A stretch of 64,000 bases of DNA from an uncultured virus (IMG/VR IMGVR_UViG_3300043777_000372) (IMGVR_UViG_3300043777_000372); one strand, 5' to 3'. Positions 8,957 to 19,248 are shown, counted from the stretch's first letter. The notes: generated from the sequence alone by a model not told the origin. Program-made: numbers and translations.

Positions 8957-10128
8957 GGACCATGAGCAAGAGCGACGTCGAATCGGAGAGCGCGCGAAGC
9001 AATGCTAACGGAGCTGCGAGCGCGCCGGACAGCGACGAGGAGGTGTGCGGGGTGAAGATCGACCTCGTCGACAAAGGCCGGCTTATCCGGTGCGCGAAGG
9101 AGCACAAGATCGCGATCCCGAAGGGGGCGGCGTTGCCTGCGCTCGTCGAGGCGGTGGCGGTGCACTTCACGAAGGAGCGCAAGGCCGGCAAGGAGATGCT
9201 CCAGTGCGACCGGTGCGGCGGCGTCGCTCCCGAGTCGATCGAGGTCTGCCCGTTCTGCGGTGAAGTCAGTGGCGAGACGGAGGAGAGCTCGGTCATCGGC
9301 GGTGTGTCGGTGGACGCGCCCAGCGAGCGGGTACGCGCGGCGAAGACCGAGACGGCGCTCGCGACGGTGGACCGGTCGACGCTCACGACGACGGCGCCGG
9401 TCGTGGTCGTTCCGAAGAAGCACGTGCCGCAGACCGAGCATCAGCTCGAGGTCGTCATCGGGCGCATTCAAGAACTGAAGCGCGACTTCTCCCGGAACAC
9501 GTGGGAGATCGGCCAGCAGGTCATCCTCCTCACGAAAGAGACCAAGGATCAGCCGGCGCTGTGGCGCATGCGGAAGGAGGACGACGGGGTCACGCCGAAG
9601 TACAAGGACTTCAAGGCGTTCCTCCGCGCCGAGGTCGGCTTCTCGTACCGCATGGCCGAGAACTGCAAGTACCTCGTCGAGAACTACACGATGGAAAAGC
9701 TCCAGCTCGTGTCGACGAGCAAGATGGAGATCGTTCTCAACGCGCCACCGGGGGAACGGAAGAAGCTCATCCGCGGTGCGGCGACGATGCCGGTGCGCCA
9801 GCTGCGAGAGAAGGTCCGCGACTTGAACATCGCGGCGGGCAAGCACGACAAGCGACGAGCAGCGCGGCAGGAACGGGCGAAGAAGGAGCTCGCTGCGAAG
9901 GACGACAAGAAGGGCGTCGTGACGTTCACTCTGCCCGGGAAGAAGGGGAAGATCTGGCTGTACCGGGAGCACGCTGATGCCAAGGGCAAGTTCATCAAGG
10001 CGAACAGCCTCACGGACAACTACGGGTGGATCGAGGGGGTGAACGGTGTGCGCCTGGTCCTCAAGGTCGTGAAGGACGTGAACGGGATGCGCGTGCTGTA
10101 CGAGGCGCGGCGCGAAGAGGAAGGGTGA
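8953..10128 (+). CDS. hypothetical protein with Zn ribbon and basic C-terminus
   Basis: CDRC...CPFC; YKDFKAFLRAEVGFSYRMA is possibly HTH-like. Confidence 0.75.
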   Translation: MRTMSKSDVESESARSNANGAASAPDSDEEVCGVKIDLVDKGRLIRCAKEHKIAIPKGAALPALVEAVAVHFTKERKAGKEMLQCDRCGGVAPESIEVCPFCGEVSGETEESSVIGGVSVDAPSERVRAAKTETALATVDRSTLTTTAPVVVVPKKHVPQTEHQLEVVIGRIQELKRDFSRNTWEIGQQVILLTKETKDQPALWRMRKEDDGVTPKYKDFKAFLRAEVGFSYRMAENCKYLVENYTMEKLQLVSTSKMEIVLNAPPGERKKLIRGAATMPVRQLREKVRDLNIAAGKHDKRRAARQERAKKELAAKDDKKGVVTFTLPGKKGKIWLYREHADAKGKFIKANSLTDNYGWIEGVNGVRLVLKVVKDVNGMRVLYEARREEEG

Positions 10129-10131
10129 GCC

Positions 10132-10944
10132 TTGGAATGCACCGATGATGCGGCGGGCGTCATCGTCGGGGAACGGCGATGGGCAATCGTCCTAGGGGAC
10201 GCGCGGCTCGAGCTCCCGAAGTTCGGCTCGCGCGTCGTCGACCACGTCATCTGCGATCCGCCTTACTCGGCGCACGTGCATGCGAACGTGCGGTCGGGAT
10301 CGCAGAAGGGCAACGAGAAGCGCGATGCGACGTCGCGCAACGCGGTGAGCCGGGGAGTCGAGCTCGGCTTCGAACGACTCGACCGGGCGACGCGTCTAAT
10401 GCTCGCGCAGCAGAGCGCGCGCATCGCGAAACGGTGGTGCATGTTCTTCACCGACGCGGAGAGCGTCGGACGGTGGCGTCGCGCGATTCTCGATGCAGGG
10501 CTCGAATACGTGCGCACGGGAGCATGGGTGCGTTTGAATCCGGCGCCGCAGTTCTCGGGCGACCGACCCGCCGCGGGCTTCGATGCCGTCGTCATCGGGC
10601 ATCCGAAGGGGAGGAAGCGCTGGAACGGGGGCGGGCTGCCGGCGGTGTGGAGTCACGCGGTGGTCATGAACCGCGGCAAGACGGTCCGGGTGCACGCGAC
10701 CGAGAAGCCCGTCTCGCTCATGATCGATCTCGTGGCGATGTTCACGGATCCGCGCGACATCGTGATCGATCCGATGTGCGGCAGCGGTAGCACGGGAGTC
10801 GCTTGCTTGAACATCGGTCGGCGGTTCATCGGCATCGAGCGCGATGCGAAGTCGGCGGCGATTGCGCGCGAGCGGTTGGACGCCGCGGCGAGGATGACGA
10901 CGACGGACGCCGCAGGTCGAGGACAAGTCGCGTTGTTCGGTTGA
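10132..10944 (+). CDS. N4/N6 DNA methyltransferase (beta class)
   Basis: ICDPPY ... HATEKP ... DPMCGSGSTG ... FIGIE. Confidence 0.9.
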   Translation: MECTDDAAGVIVGERRWAIVLGDARLELPKFGSRVVDHVICDPPYSAHVHANVRSGSQKGNEKRDATSRNAVSRGVELGFERLDRATRLMLAQQSARIAKRWCMFFTDAESVGRWRRAILDAGLEYVRTGAWVRLNPAPQFSGDRPAAGFDAVVIGHPKGRKRWNGGGLPAVWSHAVVMNRGKTVRVHATEKPVSLMIDLVAMFTDPRDIVIDPMCGSGSTGVACLNIGRRFIGIERDAKSAAIARERLDAAARMTTTDAAGRGQVALFG

Positions 10945-10959
10945 GGTCGACCTCATTTT
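10938..10959. promoter_or_regulatory. palindrome copy 2 (14-bp core)
   Basis: TGAGGTCGACCTCA; supplies the MTase stop. Confidence 0.75.
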
Positions 10960-10981
10960 CGTTCGCGGCATGATGATCGGC

Positions 10982-11182
10982 ATGCCCAGCACGCCTCGCC
11001 ACGATCGGCTCATCCCCTACGTCAGCGAACGCGATCGTCGGATCGCCGAATCGTACCGCAAGGGCGAGAAGACCCCCGCCGAGCTCGCCCTCGAGCACGG
11101 GGTGTCCCGCCGGATGATCTGGAAGATCACCGACCGGGTGCGGAGCGTCGAGGCGATCGAGCGGCTCAAGAAAACCGCATGA
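10982..11182 (+). CDS. Mor/C-like HTH transcription regulator
   Basis: RDRRIAESYRKGEKTPAELALEHGVSRRMIWKI; leaderless start 7 nt after CATGAT. Confidence 0.65.
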   Translation: MPSTPRHDRLIPYVSERDRRIAESYRKGEKTPAELALEHGVSRRMIWKITDRVRSVEAIERLKKTA

Positions 11183-13539
11183 GCGCAATCGTCAATGCGT
11201 TCACCGAGGCCGACGAGGAGCACGTCATCCTCCTGCACCGCGCCGACGACGGGCGGTTGCTCACTCACCGGGTCCCCGCCGATTACGCGATCTACTTCCA
11301 GAAGGAGGACGTCGCAGACGCGCTTCGGAGGACGTGGAGGAAGGACCCGCTCTGTCGTGGGTACCGGGACGAAGGGGAGTGGATCCGGACGCGGTGGCGG
11401 GGCTACCACGCGCGACGCGAGGTCGTCCGGCGCATGGTCGACCTCGGCATCAACACGTTCGAGGGCGACTGCTCGCCGGTCAAGCGGTGGATGGCCGACC
11501 ATCCCGACGTCGCGATTCAACGACCGCGTCGGTGCTACCTCGACCTCGAGACCGACAGCCGGGTGCCGTTCGGCATCGCGAAGAAGGACGGCGCGCGCAT
11601 TCTCGTGTGGTGCGTCGTCGACGAGGAGGGCGTGTACGACGTCGGATGCTTGGAGGACGACACCGACGCGGCCGAACGGCGCCTTCTGCAGGACCTCTAT
11701 CGCGCGCTCGCGCCCCACGACCAGGTGGCCGCGTGGAACGGTGACTACTTCGACTTCGAGGTGCTGAAGAATCGCACGCGCGACCGCCGGATCGATTCCA
11801 ACATTCGCCGGCGGTGGTTGTGGATGGATCACGAGGAGCTCTACAAGCGGCTCAACCTGCAGGTCGCGGAATCGGGCGAGGAGAAGCAAAGCTTCGCGCT
11901 CCAGGCAGTCGCGATGGCGCAGCTCGGCGAGGGGAAGGACGACTTCGACTCGCGGTTCACCTACGAGGAGTGGGCCGCGGGCGGCGACCGGCGCGATCGG
12001 CTCGTCCGGTACTGCATCCGGGACACCGACCTCCTCCGTCGCATCGAGGCGAAGACGGGCTACCTGAAGATGCATCAGACGGTGGCCGAGGTGTGCGGGT
12101 TGTTCGCCGACTCGTGGGCGCTTCTTCCGACGGCGCAGATGGACGCGTTCATCCTGCGCCTGGGGCATCGCCGCGGCGTGCACTTCCCGACCGTGCTGCG
12201 CGACGAGGAGCGATTACCGCGCGAGCAGTACAAAGGCAGCTACAACAAGGACCCGCCGGAGAACGCGGGCATCCTGCACACGGTTCACGTCGTGGACTTC
12301 AGCTCGATGTACCCGAGCATCGTGGTCAGCTGGAACATGTCGTGGGAGACGAAGTGCAGCGGTCCCGTGAATGGTCCCGTCCCCGAGGGCATGTGTCGCG
12401 CGCCGAAGACGGGCATCTGTTTCGACACGACGCGGCTGGGGCTCATCCCCGAGGCGCTCGAGCACTTCCTCGCCAAGCGCAAGGAGATGGCCGCGCGTCG
12501 CGCGAGCCTGCCCCCGGGTACACCCGAGGCGCACGATGCCGAGCGGTGGACGAACGCTTACAAGGTCGTGCCGAATAGCTTCTACGGCGCACAGGGGAGC
12601 CCGGGCTCACGCTTCCACAATCGACACGTCGCTGAGTCCGTATCGCAGACGGGCGCGTGGCTCGCGGAGAAGACCGAGACGGCGCTCGCGGAGCGGTACG
12701 GGGCGAAGGTCATCTACGTCGATACCGACGGCTTGTGGATCGTTGGCGTCGAACGTCCGGTCATCGAGGAAGCCGTGAAGTGGCTGAACGAGGTGCACTA
12801 TCCGAAGCTCCTCGCCGATTGTGGGTGCGCGAAGAACATCGTGAAGCTCGCCTACGAGAAGGAATTCCAAAGCGTCGTCTTCTGTGGAGCGAAGAATTAT
12901 GTCGGCCGTTTCTCGCACTATAAGGGAACGGCCGCAGTCGAGGGGTCCAAGCCTGAGATCAAGGGGGTTGCATACAAGCGGGGCGATCAGACGAAGCTCA
13001 CTCGTGAGTTCCAGGCTGAGATCATCGACCTCCTCATGGGCGGGATGAAGATTTCGGCGACTCCGGGACCGACCGAGGATCTCGCGTTGTACGAGGAGGC
13101 AATCGTGCGGTGGCGCACGCGCGTCCTCGAGGGCGAGCTCCGCGTGGAGGAGATTCAGACGGTGAAAGGGCTCGGCAAAGATCTCGCCGACTACGCCGCG
13201 CGAAAAAGCACGAAGGGCAACGACGTCGCGCAGCCACCACACGTGCGCGTTGCGAAGATGCTCCGCGATCGCGGTGAGTTCGTCGGCGAGGGAACGAAGA
13301 TCGCGTTCATCGTGAGCGACGGCGACGCGAAGCCGCAGGGGGTCATTCCCGCGTGCGACTTCGACGGTACGTGCGACAGGCGGCATCTTTGGGGCGACGT
13401 CGTGTTCCCGCCGACGCAGCTACTCCTCGAGAACGCGTTCCCCTCGCACCCGTGGCGAAAGCTGTTCGGGCCACCACCGAAGCCGAGGAAGGGCGCGCCC
13501 GCGGCGAACACGGCCGAACAGAAAGGGCTTTTCGTATGA
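11179..13539 (+). CDS. polB: family B DNA polymerase
   Basis: Exonuclease DLETD, WNGDYFD, YCIRD; polymerase DFSSMYPS, KVVPNSFYG, YVDTDG, KNY. Confidence 0.95.
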   Translation: MSAIVNAFTEADEEHVILLHRADDGRLLTHRVPADYAIYFQKEDVADALRRTWRKDPLCRGYRDEGEWIRTRWRGYHARREVVRRMVDLGINTFEGDCSPVKRWMADHPDVAIQRPRRCYLDLETDSRVPFGIAKKDGARILVWCVVDEEGVYDVGCLEDDTDAAERRLLQDLYRALAPHDQVAAWNGDYFDFEVLKNRTRDRRIDSNIRRRWLWMDHEELYKRLNLQVAESGEEKQSFALQAVAMAQLGEGKDDFDSRFTYEEWAAGGDRRDRLVRYCIRDTDLLRRIEAKTGYLKMHQTVAEVCGLFADSWALLPTAQMDAFILRLGHRRGVHFPTVLRDEERLPREQYKGSYNKDPPENAGILHTVHVVDFSSMYPSIVVSWNMSWETKCSGPVNGPVPEGMCRAPKTGICFDTTRLGLIPEALEHFLAKRKEMAARRASLPPGTPEAHDAERWTNAYKVVPNSFYGAQGSPGSRFHNRHVAESVSQTGAWLAEKTETALAERYGAKVIYVDTDGLWIVGVERPVIEEAVKWLNEVHYPKLLADCGCAKNIVKLAYEKEFQSVVFCGAKNYVGRFSHYKGTAAVEGSKPEIKGVAYKRGDQTKLTREFQAEIIDLLMGGMKISATPGPTEDLALYEEAIVRWRTRVLEGELRVEEIQTVKGLGKDLADYAARKSTKGNDVAQPPHVRVAKMLRDRGEFVGEGTKIAFIVSDGDAKPQGVIPACDFDGTCDRRHLWGDVVFPPTQLLLENAFPSHPWRKLFGPPPKPRKGAPAANTAEQKGLFV

Positions 13540-13784
13540 AGTGGATCTTCGAGGTGAGCACGCAGAAACTCGTCGACGAGATCGGCGGTCCGCAACGCGT
13601 GACGCTCGTAGGGCAGAACGGATCGCAGCACCGTCGCGACGAGCCCAGTTTCATTACGGTCGAAATGGACGGATGGGACGGGTACCTGTCCCCCTCGATC
13701 TTCGTCGATGAGCGAATCGTCGACGACTTCCCTCCGCGACGTCCTCGGAAGCGATTCCGGGTGACCATCGAGAGCATCGATTGA
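13536..13784 (+). CDS. hypothetical protein
   Basis: ATGA-coupled ORF. Confidence 0.6.
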   Translation: MKWIFEVSTQKLVDEIGGPQRVTLVGQNGSQHRRDEPSFITVEMDGWDGYLSPSIFVDERIVDDFPPRRPRKRFRVTIESID

Positions 13785-14092
13785 TGAGCGATCCGTCGCA
13801 GCACGAGGGCGACCTCAGGCTCCTGAACGCGCTTCTCGCGTCCGATCTCTCCGATCTCGAAGCGGAAGCGTTCGAGGACATGGCCGATCGTATCGCGGGC
13901 GACTACGGCGGGGTCCTGACGCCGCGGCAGCGTGCATGGGCGAACAACGTCGCCGACCGGGTCGACGTTGAACCGAGCGAAGGGCCCGAAGCGATCAAGG
14001 ACACGCGGTTCACCGACGGGCCTATCCCGCGCGGGCGCGAAGTGCCGCTCCTCGTGAAGGACCGCCCGTTGAGGCCACCCGGACGAAAGTGA
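13784..14092 (+). CDS. hypothetical protein
   Basis: TGATG-coupled ORF; LTPRQRAWA. Confidence 0.65.
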   Translation: MSDPSQHEGDLRLLNALLASDLSDLEAEAFEDMADRIAGDYGGVLTPRQRAWANNVADRVDVEPSEGPEAIKDTRFTDGPIPRGREVPLLVKDRPLRPPGRK

Positions 14093-14107
14093 GGTCGACC
14101 TCACTTT
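14086..14107. promoter_or_regulatory. palindrome copy 3 (perfect)
   Basis: Exact 22-mer; supplies the stop of the upstream gene. Confidence 0.9.
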
Positions 14108-14128
14108 TACGGCGGCATCATCGGGGGC

Positions 14129-15445
14129 ATGAGTGACAACCAGACCCCCGCGCTTCCCCCGCTCCGGAAGCGGAGCGAAGTAGGCCGGAAACCTCAGCAA
14201 CAGACGATCGCGGAAGTGGTGGCGAATCCACCTGCGCCACCGGTCGAAGTTGAACCGGCGAAGCCCAACGCCGTCGGTGCTGATGGGATGGAGAAGATCT
14301 CCGAGTTCGTCGGCGCGGTGCGAAAGGCGGGCTTTGACCTTTCGCTCATCGTTGCCGCGCAGTGGGGCGTTGAGATCCGCAACGCGATCCGCACGTGGCT
14401 CGTCACGAAGAACCCCGCGACCATCCCGGCGCAGCTGGTCACGATGAAAGCAAAGGCGTCCGACGCGACCGCAGCGCCTTTGCCCGCGCGTGTCGGCGCC
14501 GAGGTGAACCTCGACAACCTGCGCGCGAGGCTCAATCGATTCGGGATCCATCCGAGCATCGCCGAGATGCAGGAGTGGAGCCTCGTCGCGCTCGGTGTCG
14601 CGACCACGTGGGTCGACGGCGACGGGAAGCCCGACGAACTCGTGCCATGGCTCGCGAAGTACGCGGCGACACAGCTCCCCGCGGGCGTCCGCGTGGCAAA
14701 CGATGACGAGGCCTCGAAGATCTTGAAGGACGCGGGTGAGGAGCCTTCGAAACGCGCGAAGAAGCCGATCCCTCCGCCCGATCCCGATGTTGTGCGACAG
14801 GTCCCGCGCGAAGGAAACGAGAGCGGATCGAAAACGGACTTCCCCGGGACGACGCGTGCACCCGCACCGAGTGCGGCGGTTCCGTCGCCCCCGCCGGCGA
14901 TGAGGAAGGAAGACCTTCCCGAAGCGTGGGGCGGGCCCCCGGAGCACCCCAAACCCCCGCATGTGGTCCCGGTTGTGTCGGAATCTCCCGACTTCGACCG
15001 GCTCGTTTCGACCATCTTGGCCGAGATGCAGATTGACCAGGAGTACGACGAGCTCGAGGCGGCGCTCGAGATCGGCGAGGACCGGCGCGATTACACGACG
15101 CTGAACTCCGAGGTCGACAAGGCCGACCGTCGCGCGTGGCGCGCGAACGGGCTGTGGGCGCAGGCGCGGCTCGTGTACGAGCGGATGAAGATCGATCAGG
15201 AGGAAGTCGACGCCGACCTCTGGCGGCAAGCGCTCACCGCACTCGAGGAGGACGAGAAGAAACCGAAGACGCGCATCGAGGACGTGAAGGCGAAGATCGC
15301 CGAGATGTTTCCCGACGAGTTCCGAGGGGGGAAGATTCGGCTGAAGACGGCCGAGATCGCCGTCGATCGGTGCGAGTCGTTCAGCAAGCGCTGGTCCGAG
15401 CGTGCGCAGGCATTGCGGGTCATGCTCCAGGCTTGCAGGAAATAG
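14129..15445 (+). CDS. hypothetical protein with helical C-terminus, possibly a UvsY-like recombination mediator
   Basis: Pro-rich linker and coiled C-terminus; lies before SSB and RecA (function inferred). Confidence 0.6.
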   Translation: MSDNQTPALPPLRKRSEVGRKPQQQTIAEVVANPPAPPVEVEPAKPNAVGADGMEKISEFVGAVRKAGFDLSLIVAAQWGVEIRNAIRTWLVTKNPATIPAQLVTMKAKASDATAAPLPARVGAEVNLDNLRARLNRFGIHPSIAEMQEWSLVALGVATTWVDGDGKPDELVPWLAKYAATQLPAGVRVANDDEASKILKDAGEEPSKRAKKPIPPPDPDVVRQVPREGNESGSKTDFPGTTRAPAPSAAVPSPPPAMRKEDLPEAWGGPPEHPKPPHVVPVVSESPDFDRLVSTILAEMQIDQEYDELEAALEIGEDRRDYTTLNSEVDKADRRAWRANGLWAQARLVYERMKIDQEEVDADLWRQALTALEEDEKKPKTRIEDVKAKIAEMFPDEFRGGKIRLKTAEIAVDRCESFSKRWSERAQALRVMLQACRK

Positions 15446-15492
15446 GCGGCATCATCGGGGGATGCGACTTCGAATCAACGAAAGGCGGCGCG

Positions 15493-17025
15493 ATGGGCGG
15501 CATGCGAGAGTTTTCAGTTGACGAATTCCTGGCCTACGAGACGCGAGGGAGGGGCACCTACCTTGGCGCGGAATGGAAGAAGCGCGGGTGGCTCCAGTTC
15601 TTCCTCCACCGGCGCCGTCCGTTCGCCGCCGGATGGCAGCACCAGATCCCGCGCATCGACATCCGCGACGACCCGCAGACGGGGCAACCGAAGCGGGTCA
15701 TCTACGGGGGTAGCTACCGGTGCATCGAGTCCGACGACGTCCTCGAGAACCAGTTCAAACGCGACCGCGACACGGGCGTGCGCACGCACCCGCCCGCGAT
15801 CTGCCCGATCGACTTGATGGTCGATTACATTCGCGAGCTCGTGGACTCCGGACAACTGCACTGGCTGGAGCCCGTGTTCGACTTCGACGTCGGCAACGCG
15901 GAGAGCCGCGTGGTCATCCGTGCGTCGGGACTGTGGGGATACGGCAAATGGTCCAAGTTCAGCGATCAGCAGAAGGCCGAGCTCGCCGACGCGGGTGTGT
16001 ATGAGCAACACGCGTGGAAGGAACGATTCGACGCCGGCGTGAAGTACGTCGTGTGCATCGTCGACGCGGAGAACCCCGCGAAGGGGGTCCAGATCTGGAA
16101 GGAGAACCAGGCCGTCGGCGACGCGATCAAGCTCGCGATCGCGAAAGAGATGAAGCGCAACCCGCGCGACAAGAGCCTCGGGGACCCCGTCCAGCACCCG
16201 TACGCGATGTGCATGGAGTACCACAAGGACGAAAGCCCTCAGAAAAAGTATCAGGCCTATCGCGTGGAAGTGCCGCTCGATCAGCACATCCTCGACCTCA
16301 TCGACTCGCCGGCGCCCGACATCAGCTCGCAGGCGGGCAACTACATGCCCGAGACGCTCCAGTCGCAGCTCGAAAAAGCCGCCCTGTTCGAGTTGCCGTG
16401 GGATCGGTTTTTCACGAAGGAGGCGATTGCGGCGCTCAAGGTGGACGACGACGAGCCCGCCCCCACCCAGGCGGCGCCGCGGACGACCGTTGCGGTGCCC
16501 CCAGGCGCCCCCACAAGGCCGCGACCCCCTACCCCCCAGGCAACGCACGCCTTGCCCCCCGGAAGGCCCGCCGCGACCGCCCCACGGGCGCCCGGAGCCC
16601 ATCCCCCGCGAGTGCCGGGACCCCCGCCCCCGCGTCCGGCTCCACCCCCGGTTCAAGCCGCCCCCGCGGCCGAGGACATGGTTGCGTGTGACGGGTGCGG
16701 GGTGGCGATGCCCGCGTCGGCCGCGCGATGTCCGTCGTGCGGGATGCAGTACGAGGTGGACGCCCCCGAGCCGCCTCCGCCTCAGGCGATGCCACCGCTC
16801 CGGAAGCGGAGCGAGGCACGACGGTCCGCCGCGTCCCCCGCCCCGGCGCAGCGCCCGCCTCCGCGACCCATCGGAGGCCCGCCGCAAGTGGCCGCTCGCC
16901 CACCACGACCTCAAGCCGCACAACCACCGGCTCCACCCCCGCCTACGGACGAAACCGCGCCACCGGAATCGGGTAACGAGGGCCCGAGCTGGGGTGAGTT
17001 TGGCGACGATCCCCTCCCATTCTGA
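15493..17025 (+). CDS. putative single-stranded DNA-binding protein
   Basis: Acidic SSB-like tail EFGDDPLPF, Pro-rich linker, Zn ribbon; adjacent to RecA. Confidence 0.6.
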   Translation: MGGMREFSVDEFLAYETRGRGTYLGAEWKKRGWLQFFLHRRRPFAAGWQHQIPRIDIRDDPQTGQPKRVIYGGSYRCIESDDVLENQFKRDRDTGVRTHPPAICPIDLMVDYIRELVDSGQLHWLEPVFDFDVGNAESRVVIRASGLWGYGKWSKFSDQQKAELADAGVYEQHAWKERFDAGVKYVVCIVDAENPAKGVQIWKENQAVGDAIKLAIAKEMKRNPRDKSLGDPVQHPYAMCMEYHKDESPQKKYQAYRVEVPLDQHILDLIDSPAPDISSQAGNYMPETLQSQLEKAALFELPWDRFFTKEAIAALKVDDDEPAPTQAAPRTTVAVPPGAPTRPRPPTPQATHALPPGRPAATAPRAPGAHPPRVPGPPPPRPAPPPVQAAPAAEDMVACDGCGVAMPASAARCPSCGMQYEVDAPEPPPPQAMPPLRKRSEARRSAASPAPAQRPPPRPIGGPPQVAARPPRPQAAQPPAPPPPTDETAPPESGNEGPSWGEFGDDPLPF

Positions 17026-17028
17026 CCT

Positions 17029-19248
17029 ATGCCCCGTCGCAAACTTCCACCGGTAGCGCCGTCGTCTTCGGCGCTACCCGAATTGCCGAAGAGCAAGCAG
17101 CAAGCGTTCGCGCGGGTCGCTGGGCGGATGAAGATCTGGCGACCCGCTCGGCAGGTGCTCCGGTGCGTGCGTTCCGTTCCGACGATCTTCCCGTACTACG
17201 ACTACGCTACGAAGATCGGCGGGCATCCGATCGATCGGTTCGGAGTGGTGCACGGTCCGTCGAGCGAAGGGAAGACGAAGTTCGCCCTCGGACTCGGGTT
17301 GTCGTTTCTGAAGCGGCAGCACTTCTTCGGGCTCGTCGATGCTGAGATGTGTTACGACGCCGACACCGAGGTCCTAACGCGTGAGCGAGGCTTCGTGCGC
17401 TGGGAATCGCTTCGGCCGGATGAGCACGTCGGGTGCTGGGATTCGGAGAAGGACTCGCTCGTCTACGAGAAGCCGTTCGCGGTCACGCGACAACTGCACG
17501 ACGGTCCGATGTATCGAGTCCAGCACGGAGGCGTAGACCTTCTCGTCACGCCTCAGCACAAGATGTTCGTGAAGACGCAGATCGATAAAGGTCGAAGCGT
17601 CGGAGCACGCGAGGTGAGCTGGGGTGACTGGAGGCTCGTAGCTGCGGAGGACCTGAACGAGCGTCGCCGCGTACGGTACAGGAAGCACGCGCCGTTTCGA
17701 GAGGCGGATCCGATCGATCTTTGCGATGGGAAACGCGCTCCGATATTCCCGCAGCACGACGACTCGCGCTCCTTACTCCGTCTCATCGGGTTCTTCATCG
17801 GCGATGGCTGGGTTGGAACGAAGCGAGGACGGACGAATGGGATCTCCTTCAGTCTAAAGAAGGCGCGGAAGATCGCTTTTCTGCGAGAGGTCTGTGAGGA
17901 GGTCGGCTGGACAGTCGATGAGATGACGACACAAGCGAACGGCGTACGGATTTTCGTTGTCCGCTCCGAGGGAGCCGGGCGCTTCTTTCGATCGCAGTTC
18001 TATGACGAGCAAGGCGAGAAGATGGTGCCGGGTTATCTTCTCGATCTGAACGTCGAGGATGCCGAGGCTGTGCTGGAAGGTCTTCGTGCATCCGACGGGA
18101 CCGCGAAGAGGGGAGCGTGGGAGTTCTCCACATCATCGGATCAAGTAGCCGAGGCGGTACAGCGCTTGGTCCTCCATGCTGGTGGCGCTGCTCACATCGG
18201 GAAGAATGAAGTCGTGAGTCGCGTGATGGTTCTCTCCCGGATGGTGGAGCCCATCATCAACAACACGGCAGCGGGGAACATTCGAAAGTGCTTGAACACA
18301 TCCTGGCAGGAGTACAAGGGTGACGTCTTCTGCGCGCACACTCGCACTGGCGTCCTGGTCGTTCGTCGGAATGGAAAGCCCGTGCTGAGCGGAAACACGA
18401 CGCCCATCGAATGGCTCGAGCGGAGCCTGATGGTCGGGCACGCGGACAATCCGATGTTCATGGCGCTGCGCCCCAAGAGCTACGAGCAGGTCGTGAACGC
18501 CGTGCGCGAGATGCTGAAGGGCATTATCGCGGCGAAGCGAGCCAAGGAGATCCCGGAGGAGACGAGCGCGCTCATCGTCGTCGATTCGATCCGGAAGCTC
18601 GTCCCCGAAAACTTCCTCGCGAAGATTGCTCGGTTTGGTGCCGAAGGGAAGCAAGGATCGGTCGACGGGATGAACGGCATGGGCGCGGCGATCAAGGCGA
18701 AGATGAACGCCGACTGGCTCGACGAGGTCACGCCCATGCTCCACGAGGCCGGTGCAGCGATGCTCGTCATCGGGCGAGAGAGCGAGAACCGCGACAAGGG
18801 CAAGGACGGCGTCGAGTGGAAGCTCACCGGGGGTAAGAGCCTGGTGTTCGAATCGTCGATGCTCATCCGGATCGAGCGCGACTGGATTCGCGAGGACGAA
18901 GGGGACGACATGGTCGTCGTCGGCGAACGGCACGACTGCGCGATCTACAAGAGCAAGGTTGCTGGCAAGGACAGCGACATCGACTACTTCACGTTCCACA
19001 CGTCGAACGGGTATCTGACGCCGGCGGGGTTCGAACCCGCGCGCGATCTCCTCGAGCTCGGCATCCAGCTCGGGACCATCAAGCAGGCGGGGAGCTGGTT
19101 TTCATTCGCCGGCAAGCGATTCCAGGGCAAGGGTCGCATGGTGAAACGACTGGCGGCCGACGTCGGGTTGAGGGAAGAACTCGACGGGGCGATTCGGAGG
19201 CAGTCCGTGAAAAGTGAGGTCGACCTCACTTTTGGAGTCCGCCCGTGA
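17029..19248 (+). CDS. recA: RecA/UvsX-like recombinase with intein
   Basis: HGPSSEGKT, LVDAE, IVVDSI, TGGKSLVF, IKQAGSWFSF..KRFQG. Confidence 0.9.
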   Translation: MPRRKLPPVAPSSSALPELPKSKQQAFARVAGRMKIWRPARQVLRCVRSVPTIFPYYDYATKIGGHPIDRFGVVHGPSSEGKTKFALGLGLSFLKRQHFFGLVDAEMCYDADTEVLTRERGFVRWESLRPDEHVGCWDSEKDSLVYEKPFAVTRQLHDGPMYRVQHGGVDLLVTPQHKMFVKTQIDKGRSVGAREVSWGDWRLVAAEDLNERRRVRYRKHAPFREADPIDLCDGKRAPIFPQHDDSRSLLRLIGFFIGDGWVGTKRGRTNGISFSLKKARKIAFLREVCEEVGWTVDEMTTQANGVRIFVVRSEGAGRFFRSQFYDEQGEKMVPGYLLDLNVEDAEAVLEGLRASDGTAKRGAWEFSTSSDQVAEAVQRLVLHAGGAAHIGKNEVVSRVMVLSRMVEPIINNTAAGNIRKCLNTSWQEYKGDVFCAHTRTGVLVVRRNGKPVLSGNTTPIEWLERSLMVGHADNPMFMALRPKSYEQVVNAVREMLKGIIAAKRAKEIPEETSALIVVDSIRKLVPENFLAKIARFGAEGKQGSVDGMNGMGAAIKAKMNADWLDEVTPMLHEAGAAMLVIGRESENRDKGKDGVEWKLTGGKSLVFESSMLIRIERDWIREDEGDDMVVVGERHDCAIYKSKVAGKDSDIDYFTFHTSNGYLTPAGFEPARDLLELGIQLGTIKQAGSWFSFAGKRFQGKGRMVKRLAADVGLREELDGAIRRQSVKSEVDLTFGVRP
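17350..18396 (+). mobile_element. LAGLIDADG intein (349 aa) in RecA
   Basis: CYDADTEVLT, VTPQHKM, LIGFFIGDG, LEGLRASDG, ends VLSGN followed by Thr. Confidence 0.9.
19211..19232. promoter_or_regulatory. palindrome copy 4 (perfect, inside the recA 3' end)
   Basis: Reads KSEVDLTF in frame. Confidence 0.9.
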
